This document shows, in pieces, positions 1-18,439 of a stretch of DNA of 64,000 bases. The notes below the pieces were generated by a model that saw nothing but the letters and a program-made list of their open reading frames with translations, did no database searches and was not told where the DNA came from. Each line of letters begins with the position of its first letter. Position 1 is the first letter of the stretch. The stretch is from Chrysomallon squamiferum (Eukaryota > Animalia > Mollusca), in the NCBI GenBank assembly GCA_012295275.1, contig CM022677.1, positions 17,422,001 to 17,486,000 on the forward strand, given 5' to 3'. Both the position numbers and the translations under genes were made by a program.

Positions 1-33
1 TTATTAGTAGCATGTGATGATGACCAAGCATCA

Positions 34-1437
34 TCAAGAACTGATTTCAATGGACATTTTTCTTCCAGTGAAAACATCATCATCATCATCATCATTTAAG
101 AAACCATTAACAGAAGCTGGATGTAAATTAGAAGATTCAGACAGATATGTTCTGCTGTTTGTTGAAGAAGATGGCTTTCTTTGTTTTTTGCGTTTTGATG
201 AAGGTGCAGCATTCACTTTGACGTCTTCGTTAACAGAATAATCATAATCCTGAGCATTTTCTTCGTGGCAGTTAGTTGTATTTTCAATACAACCGTTAGG
301 TGTTGTTGTATCACCCTGGCAGTTAGTTGTATCTTCAATACAACCATTAGGTGTTATTGTATCACCCTGGCAGTTACTTGTATCTTCAGTACAACAGTCA
401 GATGCTTCTTCGTCATCACGACAATTAGACGAGTCTCCTCTGGACTTTTTATTCTTTGAGCCAGCTAATTTCCTCTGAGCCATCAGTCGTGTGTACATCG
501 ATTCCATGTAAGTGGACAGATTAGCTGCACGTCTGGCGTAGACTGTGTTCCAGTTAGGAGGGAAAGCAGGAGGTAATCTGGCAGACTTTGAGTTCACCCG
601 ACTATGAGGTTCCGTTCCATCTCGTTTGGTTACAGTTTTGTCGGAGCTGTCCGATGTGTTTAAAGCTGTTTTGTTTGGACTAGTTCTGTCTGAGGTAGAG
701 TTAGGAAAATCTGATTTCTTCTGATTGTTATCACACTGTTGTGCATTTGTGACTAGGAATGATACAGACAAGCCTTCGTCTATTGATGATGATGAATTAT
801 CGCTATGGTAAGAGTTATCCTGTACAGAACTGCTTGATGTTTGATAACTGTTGTCAAAACTGATCTTACCGTCTTCAGTGTTAGTGTCAGCAAACTGCCA
901 GTTTGAGCTTCTATTTTTAGAATCATTTGAATAGTTGTCGTCAATCAGGGACTGAAAGTCAATGTTATTTTCTTGGGTAAACTGCTCAGTTGAGCTTGAC
1001 CTTTCATACACTGAATCACAAAAAGAATCAACCCCTGTTGACTTGTCTGAACTGCGATTATGCCGATGTTTATCACTGTTGTTGTCTGCTGATGGTCTTG
1101 ACTTTGTTTTGTCTTGTGCAGAGTTAATTATTTTACCTGAGTTACTAACTACATCATTCCTCCCTTCAACCACTTCAAATGTGTCGGAACTGGAAAACGA
1201 GTGCACCAGTCCTTGATCAGTTAATGAATCACAGTCAGATTCTCCTGATTCAGAAGATGCTTCGTCATCACCGACTACGTTCTTTGCCAGAACATAAGTA
1301 TTTTTATGTCGTTGTATCTTTATGATGTTCCGGTTCGTTTCGCATGACTGGATTGTGTTTTCTTTAGAAGATGGTTTCCGCGACCCACTTTGAGATGAAA
1401 CCCCATTTATTCTTTGATCAAAAACTTCCGAATCCAT
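34..1437 (-). CDS. Uncharacterised 467-aa S/D/N-rich, probably disordered protein (single large coding exon)
   Basis: 1.4-kb stop-free ORF with higher GC than its flanks. An in-frame stop lies just upstream of the ATG. A polypyrimidine tract plus AG acceptor on the minus strand at 1518-1519 suggests an upstream 5'UTR exon. The ORF ends in tandem TGA codons and has basic NLS-like patches (KRKKQRK). No domain recognised. Confidence 0.65.
   Translation of the reverse strand: MDSEVFDQRINGVSSQSGSRKPSSKENTIQSCETNRNIIKIQRHKNTYVLAKNVVGDDEASSESGESDCDSLTDQGLVHSFSSSDTFEVVEGRNDVVSNSGKIINSAQDKTKSRPSADNNSDKHRHNRSSDKSTGVDSFCDSVYERSSSTEQFTQENNIDFQSLIDDNYSNDSKNRSSNWQFADTNTEDGKISFDNSYQTSSSSVQDNSYHSDNSSSSIDEGLSVSFLVTNAQQCDNNQKKSDFPNSTSDRTSPNKTALNTSDSSDKTVTKRDGTEPHSRVNSKSARLPPAFPPNWNTVYARRAANLSTYMESMYTRLMAQRKLAGSKNKKSRGDSSNCRDDEEASDCCTEDTSNCQGDTITPNGCIEDTTNCQGDTTTPNGCIENTTNCHEENAQDYDYSVNEDVKVNAAPSSKRKKQRKPSSSTNSRTYLSESSNLHPASVNGFLNDDDDDDVFTGRKMSIEISS
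267..400 (-). repeat. 51-bp coding tandem repeat (~2.5 copies; DTxNCQGDTxTPNGCIE)
   Basis: Visible in the translation of ORF 34-1437 and in the DNA (GGCAGTTAGTTGTAT... units). Confidence 0.8.
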
Positions 1438-2574
1438 TCCTAAATGATCCAGTGAACTTCACAAAACGTCATTATAATATTCTTCTTGTCTTCTTCCACA
1501 CCACAATAACCAGAAGACTAAAAAATAAAAATAAATATTGCTCTATACATTAAATTATAAATGTTAATATTTTTGTTAAAATATAAATAAAATAAATTTT
1601 AAAAATTAAAAACAGAAATTGGTAAATGCAAAATCATGGACAAGCTGCAGTAGATACCTTAATGCTATGAAGCTAACCATCACACATGAAAAATATCCAT
1701 ACTGAGATTTTTTTCTCCATTTTAAACTTCTCAAATACCAATTAGTAATCACTTTATTTTTTATTTTTTGCTATATATTTATCCTTTAAGGTACATATCC
1801 CTCACAAAAAATAATTTTAAACCATCCAATATATATTACTGTCACTATTTATAATCAGCAAAAACAATACATAACACAAATAAAATAATAAATAAATAAA
1901 TAATGATTATGAAATAACCAAAATGTATTTTAAAATTCCATATATAAATTGACATATTTCAGTATTCAGAAACTTCTGATTAACTACAGAATAATCATCT
2001 CTTCGGTACTACCTGAACCATAACAGAAGTACAATGAATAAAAATCATAAGCTTTATCCACCAGTATATTATATCTGCATCATAACTCAAGTTAATATGA
2101 GGTTTTATATCTGCAGTGGTATATTTATTTTTTATTATTATTATTTAGATGTATTTTCTCTTGTTAAATATAAAAATAAAAGATAAACTACAATGTTGAT
2201 GTTTTTTTCTTTCTGTTTGTTTGTTTGGTTGGTTGTTGTACAAATGGTAAAAGAAAAGAAAAAGAACCAGACTGATGTAGTTTGCAGAGATAGTAAGCAC
2301 TTAAATTATTATAAATTAAAGTGAAGGTTAAGATCCACAGAAAATTTAATCTTAAAGTATATGTCATTATTATGTAATGTACAGAGAAATCATTTAGAGA
2401 TGAAAAAATGCATAAGTATAATAAATAATTAAATAAAAATATATGTAAATATAATAAACCAAAACACAAACTAATCAACAGTGTGTGTTAAAACTGATAT
2501 TTTAAAATAATCTAGTCTAGTCAGTAAAGGCGCAGTCCACTCTTTTTGCCATAACATATTATTTACTGCATATT

Positions 2575-2608
<34 letters not shown>

Positions 2609-3624
2609 ATCTTTTTCGTGTTTTCCTGATGATCGATAGCAAATTATATTTTTATTATTATATTATATTATTATTATTATTATTATTATTATTGGTTCAT
2701 GTGAGAGTGAAGTTTGTTACATATCTCCTAAACTTGCAAATATATTATTATACACATAATACAGGATACAAATCCCAGTACAAATGACAATTACTGAATT
2801 ATTGTTATGAACAGCAGGTGTGTCGCAAACAGTATAGACTAGTCTTGACAAAGCGAATTTAAAATAAGCCCGAAATACATTCCGAAGCTGAATATATTTG
2901 TTATTAATGGTTGTTATTAATATTCACCCATCATTCAGTGATGTTACCTGATTATTATTTTAAAACTGGGCGTGCACCTTCCCGTTCTAGCACCACCCCT
3001 AAAACTCTCCACTGGAACAAAAACTCCATTTTTTTTTTTCTCTCTCTCAATTGGAATTATCGCCCTTTATAATGTTATTTCCTCCTTTTTGCAGGTGCGC
3101 CGTAATATCTGTTTATGAAATATATCGAAAATAACAATAATAATCTGACAAGGTTTCTCTGTGTTTTATTATTAAGGCCAATTATTGAAATTTATTTTTA
3201 CCCATAAAATCACGTAATGCACTTTACATATCTAAATAATTTCCAAAATAATTTTACTTCTAAGAATTATAAAAATATACAATAAATTTCGAGAATAGTT
3301 ATGCAAATTAAAAAATAATATTTAAACAGTAATTTCTTACTTAAATATATGATTATCGAGATCATCATCATCATTAATATGTGAATTATTTATCAATAAT
3401 CACCGTAATTATCATCATCGATGTCTAATCATCATCATCTTTACTGCAATACTACTGCTTCTACATAAATTGAGGTTATTTATCAAAAAAACAACAACAT
3501 AGTAATATAATTTTGCTGACATATAACGAAAACGTAGCATGAAAAAGAACATGTGCTTATCAGTATGAAATTTTTTTAAAAAGAGGTCACGATACACAGC
3601 CACACAGAATTTTAGAACGAGACA

Positions 3625-8581
<4,957 letters not shown>

Positions 8582-9522
8582 ATAAAAATAAACAAATTCT
8601 TCTATTCCACTTGTTTTGTCTTACAATACTTCTGAGGTAAGGAAACGTCCTTTGGAGTTACTTCCCTTAAACCGTTAGATTATACTTATTTTTCTTTATT
8701 TTTTATTAGTTTTTTTTTTTTTTGTTTTTTTTTTTTTTTTTTGGTTTTTTACCATCTCCTTATAATTATAAAGAATAATAACGTATCATAATACATATTA
8801 TGATAATAATATAAGGTTACGAAAAAAGGTTTCAAAAAAACATCAGTTTTTTAAAAAAACATAAATAAAAGGCTAACATGAAATGAAAATGTTTATTTTG
8901 TTCTAGGAAATATGTAGCCATATAATTACAAGACTGGCCTAAAACAAAGAACAAACACAAAAATGACACATGCTGGCCTAACAAGACGCATCAGCTCTTT
9001 TCATTAAAATTAATACTGGATAAAAATATTTAAAACTTTGTTAGGAATGATAAGATCCAAAAGTAATGAAAGCAGAAACTGCATACAAGTATTAATATTT
9101 TTATCATCATTTACTTTTATTGTCGTTTTCCTAATTACTATTGTAATTATTTTGTTCTTTCTTTAACGATAAAGGAGAAAAAATAAATTAGAAGAACTAA
9201 ATACATACATAAATTTATAAAGAGTAGGAATAAACAGCTTTCAGAAAGCTAAATAGCATATGTACTATAATGCGACTACAAACCATAAATTTTTGTTTTG
9301 TTCTAAAAATAGGATATTTGTTAAATTGCATTAGAGTTATTTCCCTTAGACCACTATTGTTTCTCAATATTTTCAAAACAAGTTAGTATTTGTGTATTCT
9401 TTTTTTTTATTACCTTTTTTTAAAAAAATTTATTAATTAATAAATTAATTAATTTATTTATATACAAAGCTAAATAAGCTAAATCTTGTTTGAGATAAAG
9501 TTTTATTTTTTTAATATTTGCA

Positions 9523-9558
<36 letters not shown>

Positions 9559-10198
9559 TTATTATATATTATTATTATTATTATTATCTTGTTATATATT
9601 ACTCTGAGCCGGCGCCATATTAGCTGGTGGCCTAGGCAAGGTTAGATCCTGGCGGCCCCAGGAAAATATCAATTTCAAAATTTATAAACAATAAATAACA
9701 AAAAAAAAAAAAAAAAAACCCAGAGAAAAGCAGAAATATATATATTAGAGCACAGACCAAGAATAAGTTAGAAACAGCTTACCCATCTGTTCTCAAATGT
9801 CCTGAAATGCTATTTTATTTGAAAAACTAAGACAAGAATAAACAAACATAAAGATAGACATGAACTAGCAGCATAATGAACAGGTGAAGATCCACTCAAT
9901 ACTAACAGACGTGAAATCAAATTTGGCTAACGGGTGAATGCAGACATTTAAATACTAGCCATTTCTTTTCTTGTTTATACCATTAAAATAAGGAGTTACC
10001 GCCCTGAATTTGGTTTCCGCGGAAAATTGAAGTTTCGTGTACGCGTCATTCTAAGGAAAAACTTGTGGCCTATAAATCATGCGAACATAGTTACGTCCTG
10101 AAAGAAACGAACTTTAATAAAACTGATTTTTTTTTTTTTAAACTGTTGTTGATTTAGAGAATTATGCTTTATTATTCGTCATTTATTTATTTGTGTTG

Positions 10199-10262
<64 letters not shown>

Positions 10263-10354
10263 GGTTTATAAAGTTGAGTTATCTCCCTTAGAACAGTAAC
10301 TCGTTACATTCTTGAGCCTGTTTATTTCGCATACCAGCACCCGCGCGTTTTTGA

Positions 10355-10421
<67 letters not shown>

Positions 10422-11470
10422 TACTTGTAGTTTTTACCTGCGAGATAATAAACTACATTCTTATTCTTATTAAATAAACTAAATGAATTCTGTGAAACGA
10501 AATCAACCGAAGAGTTCCGAATAGCTAAATGACGTGAGTAATTAGTTAACATCACTCAGGACAGCCATAATAACATTTAAAAAACAAAATGATTGAGGAT
10601 CTGTTTTATGTGTTAGATATTCTTGAGATGAAATCACTAGTGTGTCTGTATAGTTTATATTTAATAGACTGCAGATATAATTTCCAAGGAATTACTACAA
10701 TAATCAAATTGCTGCATTTTTAATCGTTATCTCCATTGTTACGTTTTTACATTTATGTGCATGTCCATAATCTATCTATCTGTCTTTCTGTGTGCTTGTA
10801 TTTCTGTGTGTATGTGTGATCATGTACATCTGTGTATATTTGACGTGTAATGTGTTTCTGTCTATAACTGTGTCGTGTATCTGTCCACGTGTATCTGCAC
10901 GTTTGTGGTTGTAAGTTATCTGCCTGTATTGTGTTTGTCCATTTTTATTGTATTTGTCTATATGTGCATCATGTTTATTTCTCTATGTATGTGTACCTGC
11001 TTGTGTATGTGCATATGCGTGTGCGTGTGCGTGTGTGTGTGTGTGTGTCCTTGATACCTGTTTGCCTCGTGTGTATTTGTCTGTATCTATTTGTAATGCA
11101 TATCTACCTATATGTATTTTTGAAATGTGTTTCTTTCTATATCTCTGTGTTTTATATATGCATATGAGCCAAGTAAGAATATTTCTCTCTGTGTATCCCT
11201 GTGTGTCCTATTTGAATATGACTTCATGTGTGTGTGTGTCACGTGCATTGTATACCTGTACTTGTCTGTCATGTGTAACCTGTGTAGCTTTATCTTTTTA
11301 TGTTGCCCTCTGTATCTCTCTGTATATGTTTGTTATGCATTTCTCATGTGTATCTGTCTAATTCAGTGGGTTATAAGTAACTGATATAGCTATTTATGTC
11401 ATTCATTGCATCTGTCTATCAACCTATCTGTATCTCTATCTGTTTCTCTATCTGTTGTATATGTTTCTAT

Positions 11471-14400
11471 ATGTTGTTCTGGCTGTATATGTGTTACTGG
11501 CTGTATATGTGTTACAGGCTGTATATGTGTTACAGGCTGTATATGTGTTACAGGCTGTATATGTGTTACTGGCTGTATATGTGTTACAGGCTGTATATCT
11601 GTTACTGGCTGTATATGTGTTACTGGCTGTATATCTGTTACATGCTGTATATGTGTTACTGGCTGTATATGTGTTACAGGCTGTATATGTGTTACAGGCT
11701 GTATATGTGTTACTGCCTGTATATGTGTTTCTGGCTTTATATCTGTTACTGGCTGTATATGTGTTACTGGCTTTATATGTGTTACTGGCTGTATATGTGT
11801 TACTGGCTGTATATTTGTTACTGCCTGTATATGTGTTTCTGGCTTTATATGTGTTACTGGCTGTATATGTGTTACTGGATGTATATGTGGTACAGGCTGT
11901 ATATGTGTTACTGCCTGTATATGTGTTTCTGGCTTTATATGTGTTACTGGCTGTATATGTGTGACTGGCTGTATATGTGTTACTGGCTGTATATGTGTTA
12001 CAGGCTGTATATGTGTTACTGGCTGTATATCTGTTACTGGCTGTATATGTGTTACTGGCTGATATGTGTTACTGGCTGTATATGTGTTACTGGCTGTATA
12101 TGTGTTACTTGATGTAAATGTGTTACTGGATGTAGATGTGTTACTGGGTGTATATGTGTTACAGGCTGTATATGTGTTACTGGCTATATATGTGTTCCTG
12201 GCTGTTTATGTGTTACTGGCTATATATGTGTTACTGGCTGATATGTGTTACTGGCTGTATACGTGTTACTGGATATATATGTGTTACAGGCTGTATATCT
12301 GTTACTGGCTGTATATGTGTTACTGGCTGTATACGTGTTACTGGATATATATGTGTTACAGGCTGTATATCTGTTACTGGCTGTATATGTGTTACTGGCT
12401 GTATATGTGTTACAGGCTGTATATCTGTTACTGGCTGTATATGTGTTACTGGCTGTATATGTGTTACAGGCTGTATATCTGTTACTGGCTCTATATGTGT
12501 TACTGGCTCTATATGTGTTACTGCCTGTATGTGTGTTACTGGCTGTATGTGTGTTACTGGCTGTATGTGTGTTACTGGCTGTATATGTGTTACAGGTTAT
12601 ATATGTGTTACTGCCTGTATATGTGTTTCTGGCTTTATATGTGTTACTGGCTGTATATCTGTTACTGGTTGTATATGTGTTACTGGATGTATATGTGTTA
12701 CTGGATGTATATGTGTTACTGGCTGTATATGTGTTACTGGCTGTATATGTGTTACAGGCTGTATATGTGTTACTGGCTGTATATCTCTTACTGGTTGTAT
12801 ATGTGTTTCTGGCTGTATATGTGTTACAGGCTGTATATGTGTTTCTGGCTTTATATGTGTTACTGGTTGTATATGTGTTACAGGCTGTATATGTGTTACT
12901 GGATGTAAATGTGTTACTGGATGTATATGTGTTACTGGCTGTATATCTGTTACAGGCTGTATATGTAGTACTGGCTGTATATGTGTTTCTGCCTTTATAT
13001 GTGTTACTGGCTGTATATGTGTTACTGGATGTATATGTGTTACTGGCTGTATATATGTTACAGGCTGTATATGTGTTATTCGCTGTATACATGTTACTGG
13101 ATATATATGTGTTACTGGCTATATATGTGTTACTGGCTGTATATTTGTTACTTGATGTATATGTGTTACTGGCTGTATATGTGTTACAGGCTGTATATGT
13201 GTTACTGGCTGTATATTTGTTACTGCCTGTATATGTGTTTCTGGCTTTATATGTGTTACTGGCTGTATATGTGTTACTGGATGTATATGTGGTACAGGCT
13301 GTATATGTGTTACTGCCTGTATATGTGTTTCTGGCTTTATATGTGTTACTGGCTGTATATGTGTGACTGGCTGTATATGTGTTACTGGCTGTATATGTGT
13401 TACAGGCTGTATATGTGTTACTGGCTGTATATCTGTTACTGGCTGTATATGTGTTACTGGCTGATATGTGTTACTGGCTGTATATGTGTTACTGGCTGTA
13501 TATGTGTTACTGACTGTATATGTGTTACTTGATGTAAATGTGTTACTTGATGTAAATGTGTTACTGGATGTAGATGTGTTACTGGGTGTATATGTGTTAC
13601 AGGCTGTATATGTGTTACTGGCTATATATGTGTTCCTGGCTGTTTATGTGTTACTGGCTATATATGTGTTACTGGCTGATATGTGTTACTGGCTGTATAC
13701 GTGTTACTGGATATATATGTGTTACAGGCTGTATATCTGTTACTGGCTGTATATGTCTTACTGGCTGTATATGTGTTACAGGCTGTATATCTGTTACTGG
13801 CTGTATATGTGTTACTGGCTGTATATGTGTTACAGGCTGTATATCTGTTACTGGCTCTATATGTGTTACTGGCTCTATATGTGTTACTGCCTGTATGTGT
13901 GTTACTGCCTGTATGTGTGTTACTGGCTGTATGTGTGTTACTGGCTGTATATGTGTTACAGGTTATATATGTGTTACTCCCTGTATATGTGTTTCTGGCT
14001 TTATATGTGTTACTGGCTGTATATCTGTTACTGGTTGTATATGTGTTACTGGATGTATATGTGTTACTGGCTGTATATGTGTTACTGGCTGTATATGTGT
14101 TACTGGCTGTATATGTGTTACTAGGCTGTATATGTGTTACTGGCTGTATATGTGTTACTGGCTGTATATGTGTTACTGGCTGTATATGTGTTACAGGCTG
14201 TATATGTGTTACTGGCTGTATATGTGTTACTGGTTGTATATGTGTTACTGGCTGTATATGTGTTACTGGATGTATATGTGTTACTGGCTGTATATGTGTT
14301 ACTGGCTGTATATGTGTTACAGGCTGTATATGTGTTTCTGGCTTTATATGTGTTACTGGCTGTATATGTGTTACTGGCTGTATATGTGTTACTGGCTGTA

Positions 14401-17400
14401 TATATGTTACTGGCTGTATATATGTTACAGGCTGTATATGTATCTGGATGTATATATGTTACTGGCTGTATATGTGTTACTGGCTGTATATGTGTTACAG
14501 GCTGTATATGTGTTACTGGCTGGCTGTATATGTGTTACAGGCTGTATATGTGTTACTGGCTGTATATGTGTTACTGGCTGTATATGTGTTACTGGCTGTA
14601 TATGTGTTACAGGTTGTATATATGTGTTACAGGCTGTATATGTGTTACTGGCTGTATATGTGTTACTGGCTGTATATGTGTTACAGGCTGTATATGTGTT
14701 ACTGGCTGTATATGTGTTACTGGCTGTATATGTGTTACTGGCTGTATATGTGTTACAGGCTGTATATGTGTTACTGGCTGTATATGTGTTACTGGCTGTA
14801 TATGTGTTACTGGCTGTATATGTGTTACTGGCTGTATATGTGTTACTGGCTGTATATGTGTTACTGGCTGTATATGTGTTACTGGCTGTATATCTGTTAC
14901 TGGTTGTATATGTGTTTCTGGCTGTATATGTGTTACTGGCTGTATATGTGTTACTGGCTGTATATGTGTTACTGGCTGATATGTGTTACTGGCTGTATAT
15001 ATGTGTTACTGGCTGTATATGTGTTACTGGCTGTATATGTGTTACTGGCTGTATATGTGTTTCTGGCTGTATATGTGTTACTGGCTGTATATGTGTTACT
15101 GGCTGTATATATGTTACTGGCTGTATATGTGTTACTGGATGTATATGTGTTACTGGCTGTATATGTGTTACAGGCTGTATATGTGTTACTGGCTGTATAT
15201 GTGTTACTGGCTGTATATGTGTTACTGGCTGTATATGTGTTACTGGCTGTATATGTACAGGCTGTGGCTGTATATGTGTTACTGGCTGTATATGTGTTAC
15301 AGGCTGTATATATGTGTTACTGGCTGTATATGTGTGTTACTGGCTGTATATGTGTTACAGGCTGTACTGTATATTACTGGCTGTATATGTGTTACAGGCT
15401 GTATATGTGTTACAGGCTGTATATGTGTTACAGGCTGTATATGTGTTACTGGCTGTATATGTGTTACTGGCTGTATATGTGTTACTGGCTGTATATGTGT
15501 TACTGGCTGTATATGTGTTACTGGCTGTATATGTGTTACAGGCTGTATATGTGTTACTGGCTGTATATGTGTTACAGGCTGTATATGTGTTACTGGCTGT
15601 ATATGTGTTACTGGCTGTATATGTGTTACTGGCTGTATATGTGTTACTGGCTGTATATGTGTTACTGGCTGTATATGTGTTACTCGCTGTATATGTGTTA
15701 CTGGCTTTATATGTGTTACTGGCTGTATATGTGTTACTGGCTGTATATTTGTTACTGGCTGTATATGTGTTACTGGCTGTATATGTGTTACTGGCTGTAT
15801 ATGTGTTACTGGCTGTATATGTGTTACAGACTGTATATGTGTATGTGTTATATGTGCTGTATGTGTTATCTGTATATGTGTTACTGGCTGTATATGTGTT
15901 ACTGGCTGTATATGTGTTACTGGATGTATATGTGTTACTGGCTGTATGTGTGTTACTGGATGTATATGTGTTACTGGCTGTATATGTGTTACTGGCTGTA
16001 TATGTGTTACTGGCTGTATATGTGTTACTGGCTGTATATGTGTTACTGGCTGTATATGTGTTACTGGCTGTATATGTGTTACTGGATGTAAATGTGTTAC
16101 TTGATGTATATGTGTTACTGGATGTATATGTGTTACTGGTTGTATTTACAGGCTGTATATGTGTTACTGGCTGTATATGTGTTACTGGCTGTATATGTGT
16201 TACTGGCTATATATGTGTTACTGGCTGTATATGTGTTACTGGCTGTATATGTGTTACTGGATGTATATGTGTTACAGGCTGTATATGTGTTACTGGCTGT
16301 ATATGTGTTACTGGCTGTATATGTGTTACAGGCTGTATATGTGTTACTGGCTGTATATGTGTTACTGGCTGTATATGTGTTACAGGCTGTATATGTGTTA
16401 CTGGCTGTATATGTGTTACTGGCTGTATATGTGTTACTGGCTGTATATGTGTTACTGGCTGTATATGTGTTACTGGCTGTATATGTGTTACTGGCTGTAT
16501 ATGTGTTACTGGCTGTATATGTGTTACTGGCTGTATATGTGTTACTGGCTGTATATGTGTTACTGGATGTATATGTGTTACTGGCTGTATATGTGTTACT
16601 GGCTGTGCTGTATATGTGTTACTGGCTGTATATGTGTTACTGGCTGTATATGTGTTACTGGCTGTATATGTGTTACAGGCTGTATATGTGTTACTGGCTG
16701 TATATGTGTTACTCGCTGTATATGTGTTACTGGCTGTATATGTGTTACTGGCTGTATATGTGTTACTGGCTGTATATGTGTTACTGGCTGTATATGTGTT
16801 ACTGGTTGTATATGTGTTACTGGCTGTATATGTGTTACTGGCTGTATATGTGTTACTGGCTGTATATGTGTTACTGGCTGTATATGTGTTACAGGCTGTA
16901 TATGTGTTACTGGCTGTATATGTGTTACTGGCTGTATATGTGTTACTGGCTGTATATGTGTTACTGGATGTATATGTGTTACTGGCTGTATATGTGTTAC
17001 AGGCTGTATATGTGTTATTCGCTGTATACATGTTACTGGATATATATGTGTTACTGGCTATATATGTGTTACTGGCTGTATATGTGTTACTGGCTGTATA
17101 TGTGTTACTGGCTGTATATGTGTTACTGGCTGTATATGTGTTACTGGCTGTATATGTGTTACTGGCTGTATATGTGTTACTGGCTGTATATGTGTTACTG
17201 GCTGTATATGTGTTACTGGCTGTATATGTGTTACTGGCTGTATATGTGTTACTGGCTGTATATGTGTTACAGGCTATATATGTGTTACAGGCTGTATATG
17301 TGTTACTGGCTGTATATGTGTTACAGGCTGTATATGTGTTACTGGCTGTATATGTGTTACTGGCTGTATATGTGTTACTGGCTGTATATGTGTTACTGGC

Positions 17401-17580
17401 TATATATGTGTTACAGGCTGTATATTTGTTACTGGCTGTATATGTGTTATTCGCTGTATATGTGTTACAGGCTGTATATGTGTTACTGGCTGTATATGTT
17501 TTACAGGCTGTATATGTGTTACTGGTTATATATGTGTTACAGGCTGTATATATGTTACTGGCTGTATATGTGTTACATGT
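11471..17580. repeat. 18-bp satellite (GGCTGTATATGTGTTACT)n, ~6.1 kb
   Basis: Hundreds of near-identical 18-mers. This array produces the VTGCIC/LYMCYW/AVYVLL pseudo-ORFs. Confidence 0.97.
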
Positions 17581-18326
17581 ATATCTCTATATATAATGTG
17601 TGTCCCGTATAATTGTCAGGTTGCAGCTGTCTATAATTGTGTTTGTGTATATGTCAGGTATAATATAATGTTTGTTAGGTGTACCTATCTTTATATCTGT
17701 GTTCAGATGTGTCAGTGTCAGATTTTATCATCTGTGTTGTATTTTTATCTGTGTATATCTGTTTGTTATGTGTAATTATCTTTATATCTGTTTTCATGTG
17801 AATCTGTCCTTTTGTCTGAAAGGTGTGTCTAATATGTATTTCTGTTCTATCTATCTACCTATCTATCTATCTATCTATATAGATAGATAGATAGATAGAT
17901 AGATAGATTCATGTAAGAGTGTATGTGCATATATATTTGAATTTGTCTTTGTGTTTATTCATATCTGTCTTTATATCTCTGTTCGTGTGTGTGTGTGTGT
18001 GTGTTTGTGTGTGTTGGTGGGTGGGTGGGTGTGTGTCTGTGGATGTGTGTGCGTGGGTGGGTGGATGTGTTATGCACATCTTTATTTATGCCTGTGTGAA
18101 TGAGTATCTGTCTCTATTTAACATTGTATCGGTCTACACTTTTCTGCCAGTTTGTGTATATCTATGTGTGCTCAATTTCTGTACGTTAACATGTATGTAT
18201 ATGTCTACACTTTTCTTCATCAATTTATAGCTGACTTTACTTTTTAGCCCATGTTAATCAGCCTATATTTGTTTCTGTGTTTCTGTGTGCATTTCTGACT
18301 GTGTATACCGATATGTGTGTCCTTGT

Positions 18327-18409
<83 letters not shown>

Positions 18410-18439
18410 ATATATATATATATATGAATGTTTATCTCA

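Noticed and set aside
11396-17775. Very long Cys-rich ORFs (up to 1340 aa; VTGCIC/LYMCYW/AVYVLL)
   Set aside because: Translations of an 18-bp satellite that is stop-free in all three + frames, with frequent frame switches and no gene structure.
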